A stretch of 64,000 bases of DNA from Felis catus (taxonomy: Eukaryota). The notes beneath the pieces are model-generated. The model had not been told where the DNA came from. It did not search any database and worked only from the letters and a program-made list of their open reading frames with translations. The stretch is taken from assembly GCF_018350175.1 (NCBI RefSeq), contig NC_058368.1, positions 9,300,001 through 9,364,000 of the forward strand, read 5' to 3'. Numbering within the stretch: the stretch's first letter is position 1; every line of letters starts with the position of its first letter. The translations under genes and the position numbers were made by a program. Positions 59,564-64,000 of the stretch are shown piece after piece.

Positions 59564-60822
59564 TTCAGCCACCTGTAATTCTGGTGGATGGCCCTGGAAC
59601 AGAGGCCAAAGGATGCATGGGCCTGGTGGGGACGGCGATCATCGGTCCCTCCTTCACCACGTGCCCGGGCACTTCTTCGTTATCGAATATATCATGTGCC
59701 CAGGTGTTACCTGCCAGTCGACACCCTTTATGAGACTCAGAGGGAGTTAGGGTGAGGAAGGTACATAAACAGGATCAGAAAGTAAGCACAGTGGGTAGGG
59801 ATGATGGAAAACAGACATTGCAGAGCACGGGATCAGGTCTAGTATGGAACCGGCTTGTCTCAAGTTTCCAAACGAGGTTTCGGCTGCCAACAGGCCTGCG
59901 CACAAAATTCACTGACGAGGTATCGAGGATCCGTGTTTGCAACCGAGAAAAAAAAAAAAAAGCATGAGTACAGGAAACCATATGACCGGGCGTCAACCAC
60001 CATTTTCCCGTGTCTTGCGAGGTGCTGCACTTCGCCCGCATCCTGATCTTCTAGGTTTTACGTAGGCCAAGCGAAAGGTGCTATTTGGGGGAATGTGATG
60101 GAGCCTGAGGCAGATTCACAGACAAAACCATCTTTCAAATTACCAGGATCGTTCTGGTAGTCGCTGTCAGAGGCTTTCCTGCAGATGGCTGAACTCTCAG
60201 GCTGTCTCTTGAAGAAGGTTGAAACGAGAACGGGTAGGTTCTGGGCTTGGCATTCGTTGAAGGTTCGCTGGCCAGTGCTCCTTTCCTGCTATTCTCCGAG
60301 ACTCCATCATTTCCTAACAGTCAGAAAGACCCACACAATGATCCCTGAAATCCTCTTGTCTTAGAATATTTAGCCATCACCCTTGACTCGTAGTGTCCGT
60401 GCAATTTTAACATCTGCTTCGTGGCAAAAATACTGGAGTCACAGCAGGTCCTGAGATGCTGGACTGAATGTCAGGAGAAGGAGATGGGGAGGGACATCCG
60501 GTGGCAAACATCTCACAGAGAAAGGAAAGTGGGGGCAAGCCAGTCACCCCCTCTCCCCTGTTGATGGGACTCTGTACCCTCCATCATGGGAAGACGGCCT
60601 CTAGGGTACGAAGAGGTAGAACCTGGAAGGGAATGCTAAATAGGGGTGTTTTCCATCGTCTGAGCCTTCCTTGTTCACGACGCGCACTTTGGAGCGAGGC
60701 TGGAATTATCCATACCTTAGTTCCCAGACTGCCATCGTGTTCAGCGGGCTATGATAACATAAATGAAATCACTACGAATCCAGCAAGGCAGAGCCCCTTT
60801 ATTCTCTTTTAAGACAACCCAT

Positions 60823-61035
60823 GGGGCGCCTGGGTGGCTCAGTCGGTTAAGCGTCCGACTTCAGCTCAGGTCACGATCTCACGGTCCATGAGTTCGAGCC
60901 CCGCGTCGGGCTCTGGGCTGATGGCTCGGAGCCTGGAGGCTGCTTCCGATTCTGTGTCTCCCTCTCTCTCTGCTCCTCCCCCATTTATGCCTTGTCTCTC
61001 TCTGTCTCAAAAATAAATAAATGTTTAAAAAAAAA
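60823..61035 (+). mobile_element. CAN-SINE
   Basis: TSD AAGACAACCCA (60811-60821 / 61036-61046). Confidence 0.96.
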
Positions 61036-61432
61036 AAGACAACCCAGAACCCAAAGGGACCTGGCTGTTGAACACAGAGCTCCGGCACCCCTAACAACGT
61101 GAATCTGTCAGTCTGTCACCTCACCCTCGAGTTTCCACGTGTTCGCGTCAGCAAAGGCTGATGAAGAAGGCCGTCGCAAGTGACCACACAGCAGCGGAAA
61201 TAGAGCTGATGTGTGTGTACGTGTGTCTGCCTGGGTGCCTGCAAGCACGCCCGCCCGTGTGTGCACATGCCTTTCTGTGCGTGCAGGTGTGTGCGTGTGT
61301 GCACGCGCGTGCACCTGTGCAGTAAGAACGACAGGCCCTCGCAGGCAGCGCAGGATGCCGTGATGTCTCTGACCGCCGGTGGCCGCCCCGCCTGCCCGCC
61401 AGGCAGAGGAACGGGCTGCATTTGCCACTATT

Positions 61433-61458
61433 TTTTTTTTTTAATTTTTTTTTAACGT

Positions 61459-61489
<31 letters not shown>

Positions 61490-61677
61490 TTTTTGAGACA
61501 GAGAGAGACAGAGCATGAACGGGGGAGGGGCAGAGAGAGGGAGACACAGAATCAGAAGCAGGCTCCAGGCTCCCAGCCATCAGCCCAGAGCCCGACGCGG
61601 GGCTCGAACCCACGGACCGCGAGATCGTGACCTGAGCCGGAGTCGGACGCTCAACCGACTGAGCCACCCAGGCGCCC
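61433..61677 (-). mobile_element. CAN-SINE with (TTTA)n tail
   Basis: TSD core CCACTATT. Confidence 0.95.
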
Positions 61678-62214
61678 TGACCACTATTAACTTCCTTGCT
61701 GCTGGGCCTCTTGCCTTGACCGTTTTTATCTCTGCTGCCCCGGTGGTAACTGTTTCTTATTTTTCTGTGTAGGTCTGCTCTCCCAAGTGAGACAATAAAT
61801 TACTTGAGAAACCAAGATGGTGTCGTATGTGGGGTGCGATTATGAGACCGATCCAAGGCAGCTCTTCCTGATCTTTGTTCAGACGACCCCCGACTCCCAG
61901 GTGGCTGTACAATTGCTGCTTCATTGTGGCTCCTGGAGTAAGCCAGGCCGTGTCTGCAGACTGTCATGAAGGGTCCAGACCCCAACAGCCAGCTGTCAGT
62001 GTGAGAACAGTTTCCTCCCCTTGTCCCTTCTGGCTGGGGTGGTAATGGCTTCTGCTGTTACTGCCCTGGAGGCCTGAGCATCCTTCGCTGGCTCCCTTAA
62101 GCCTGGCCACCCTCAGTAAATAGTCAACCCAATTAACTTCCCTCGGATGAATCCTTTGAATGGGACGTCTCTTCTGCCCCCCTGCCTCCCCCAACCTGAA
62201 TGATAAAGCCATGA

Positions 62215-62365
62215 ACTGGGAGCACCTTGAGGGCAAGGCTCTGCCTGATTCATTTTTGACCCCCCAAACTTAACAGGGTGTCTGGCCCGTAATCAGATCA
62301 GCCACAGACGCTTGTTAAGGAAACACTGAATGAAGGAAGAATAAATAAATCGCATGAGTGGATGA
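62215..62365 (+). mobile_element. L2 3' end
   Basis: CTGGGAGCACCTTGAGGGCAAGG...AACAGGGTGTCTGGCCCGTAA...TGAATGAAGGAAGAATAAATAAAT. Confidence 0.55.
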
Positions 62366-63450
62366 TCTGGTAACCGCAACGGGGAATGAGTCAGTGATGT
62401 CTTACAGCACAGTAACGGAAACGCAGCCCCCCCCCCCCCCCATTCCTGGAGGTGATGAGAATTTCAATAGGAGGGCAAGTGAAACGCTTCATTAAGATGG
62501 CTCTGGCATGTCCCATGGCCAAACCACATGGCAGCGAAGGCGTCTGTCAGTTTGCATCTGCAGCTCCTCATTCAAGCCTCAGGAAGAGTAGCACCGTGCT
62601 GGAAACATCCTCGAGCTTCCTGGCGGATAGAAGTCACACTATGTTTCTCTGGAATGCCAAGCGTGAAGTGAAAGGCAACTGGAGAGGCATGGCTCCTCTT
62701 GTGTAGGTGGAACAAGAAAGGAGGAGGAGGAGGGAGAGCAGGCCATCGGCTATGAGGTCAGAGAAGAGAAAGACGGCTGTCTAATCCGGAATGTACCATC
62801 TCCCTCTCTGATAGCTGCTGAGCATAGCCTACTCAAAGAGAGGGCGGATTTTAAGAGTGAATGAATCCCGTTCCTGACACGCACCTTCTCATGTGTGTCC
62901 TCCATGGGTCCTGTCTAGGAGCAGAGCTACCGTTCAAGCAGGGATCTCCTTTGGGTAATCCTTTTTTGTGTTGCGGCCTGGAAAAGAACTGCCCATGTCA
63001 AGGCAATTCTCGAAAACGTCCTGCCCTTAGAGGACTCCAGAGGAGGTGGAGGTTGGGGCACTATTGGCCATCACGCCGGAAAGAGAGTACCAGGCTCTTA
63101 CTCTGTAGGAGGGGGACTGAACCTCTGTGATACGTTGGGTCTCATCTCCCCCGAGCCTCGTTTCATCAGCCCCCACGGGCCCGTGGCCCCGCCCACTTGG
63201 CTGTGGGCCCTCTGTGCCTGCCCTGCCCACTTCACCAGACCCCTGGGCTTCCATCACCAGTGGTTTGTTATGGGTGAAAACAACCCCATGGGTAACGAAG
63301 CTAATCAATGTTGGTCACAGCGTATTAGACTCTGTCAAATGATCTGTTTTGTCTTGATGCTTTAAAAGCTCTTTCCTGACCAGAGGCTGCCATCAGTTCC
63401 ACCAGAGTCGTGGGAGCGTTTGGATTCACAGCAATGGGACTGTCTAGCCA

Positions 63451-63457
63451 TTCCTTC

Positions 63458-63499
<42 letters not shown>

Positions 63500-63518
63500 C
63501 TCTTTCTCTCTTTCTTTC
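63451..63518. repeat. (CTTT)n microsatellite
   Basis: Direct read. Confidence 0.95.
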
Positions 63519-63719
63519 GCACATTCACTTACCCTTTAGGGAACCGTCTTCTCGCGGCCTCTGTGGATCTTATGATGTTACCTTCTCAAGAAGAATCTCA
63601 TCTATATTGAGCTGGACATTTGGGAACCAGTCCTATTACAGATATATTCAAGGAAGATGATTTCATTATCTCCCTAAATAATACACATCATCTTAAAGAG
63701 CCTTCTTTATTACAGTGTC

Positions 63720-63945
63720 TTAACCCATTTATCAACCGATTGATCGATTCGCCGGGCACTATTCTAAATGCTCTGCATGTTTTAACTCATTTCATCCTCA
63801 ACAGCCGTGATTTGCATACTATTGTCATCTATGTTTTCAGACTAAGACTCTCTGAGGCTCAGAAAGATTAAGTAACTTGCCCCAAATCGCACAGCCAGGA
63901 AGTGTCACAGATGGCGCTCATACTCAGGGGTCCCGGCTCCACAGC
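63720..63945 (-). mobile_element. MIR
   Basis: TTAACTCATTTCATCCTCAAC...CTGAGGCTCAGAAAGATTAAGTAACTTGCCC. Confidence 0.85.
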
Positions 63946-64000
63946 CAATAAATAATGATCCACTGTATTCTCCTGTTTTGGGAAACAAATCTTTTATTCG

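Noticed and set aside
5484..61772. Many ORF-track peptides sharing motifs such as MAQSVKRPTSAQV, GRGRERGRHRIGNRLQ and EPGACFRFCVS (apparent gene family)
   Set aside because: All are translations of CAN-SINE copies, not a protein family.
62452..62706. 84-aa + ORF in unique sequence
   Set aside because: No recognisable homology or convincing splice sites; the antisense frames contain stops.

Overview
Mammalian genomic DNA from a felid. It carries about 30 tRNA-derived CAN-SINEs, including near-consensus cat SINEC_Fc copies, and a cat-type L1 3' end. The window reads as intronic or intergenic, and much of it is recognisable transposable-element debris: old L1MB/MC/MD/ME fragments, L2, MIR, solo LTRs (MLT2, MLT1C, LTR16, MER21, two ERV1-like) and DNA transposons (MER82, MER53, MER5A). 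Family names are from recalled consensus sequences, not a search. I recognise no intact protein-coding gene, RNA gene, CRISPR array or prokaryote-type system; almost all ORF-track entries derive from SINEs, L1s or microsatellites, or are chance ORFs. The best non-repeat lead is a compact GC-box/forkhead/RFX X-box module at 55.66-55.83 kb pointing into a stop-poor minus-strand frame (55.56-54.38 kb) that may be a decayed gene. Other leads are a second possibly decayed + strand segment (49.1-50.4 kb), two cassette-exon-like segments, several transcription-factor motif clusters, and well-resolved retrotransposition oddities (nested SINEs, a reused target site, a TSD-less SINE, an orphan insert). 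None of these is demonstrated to be a novel system.
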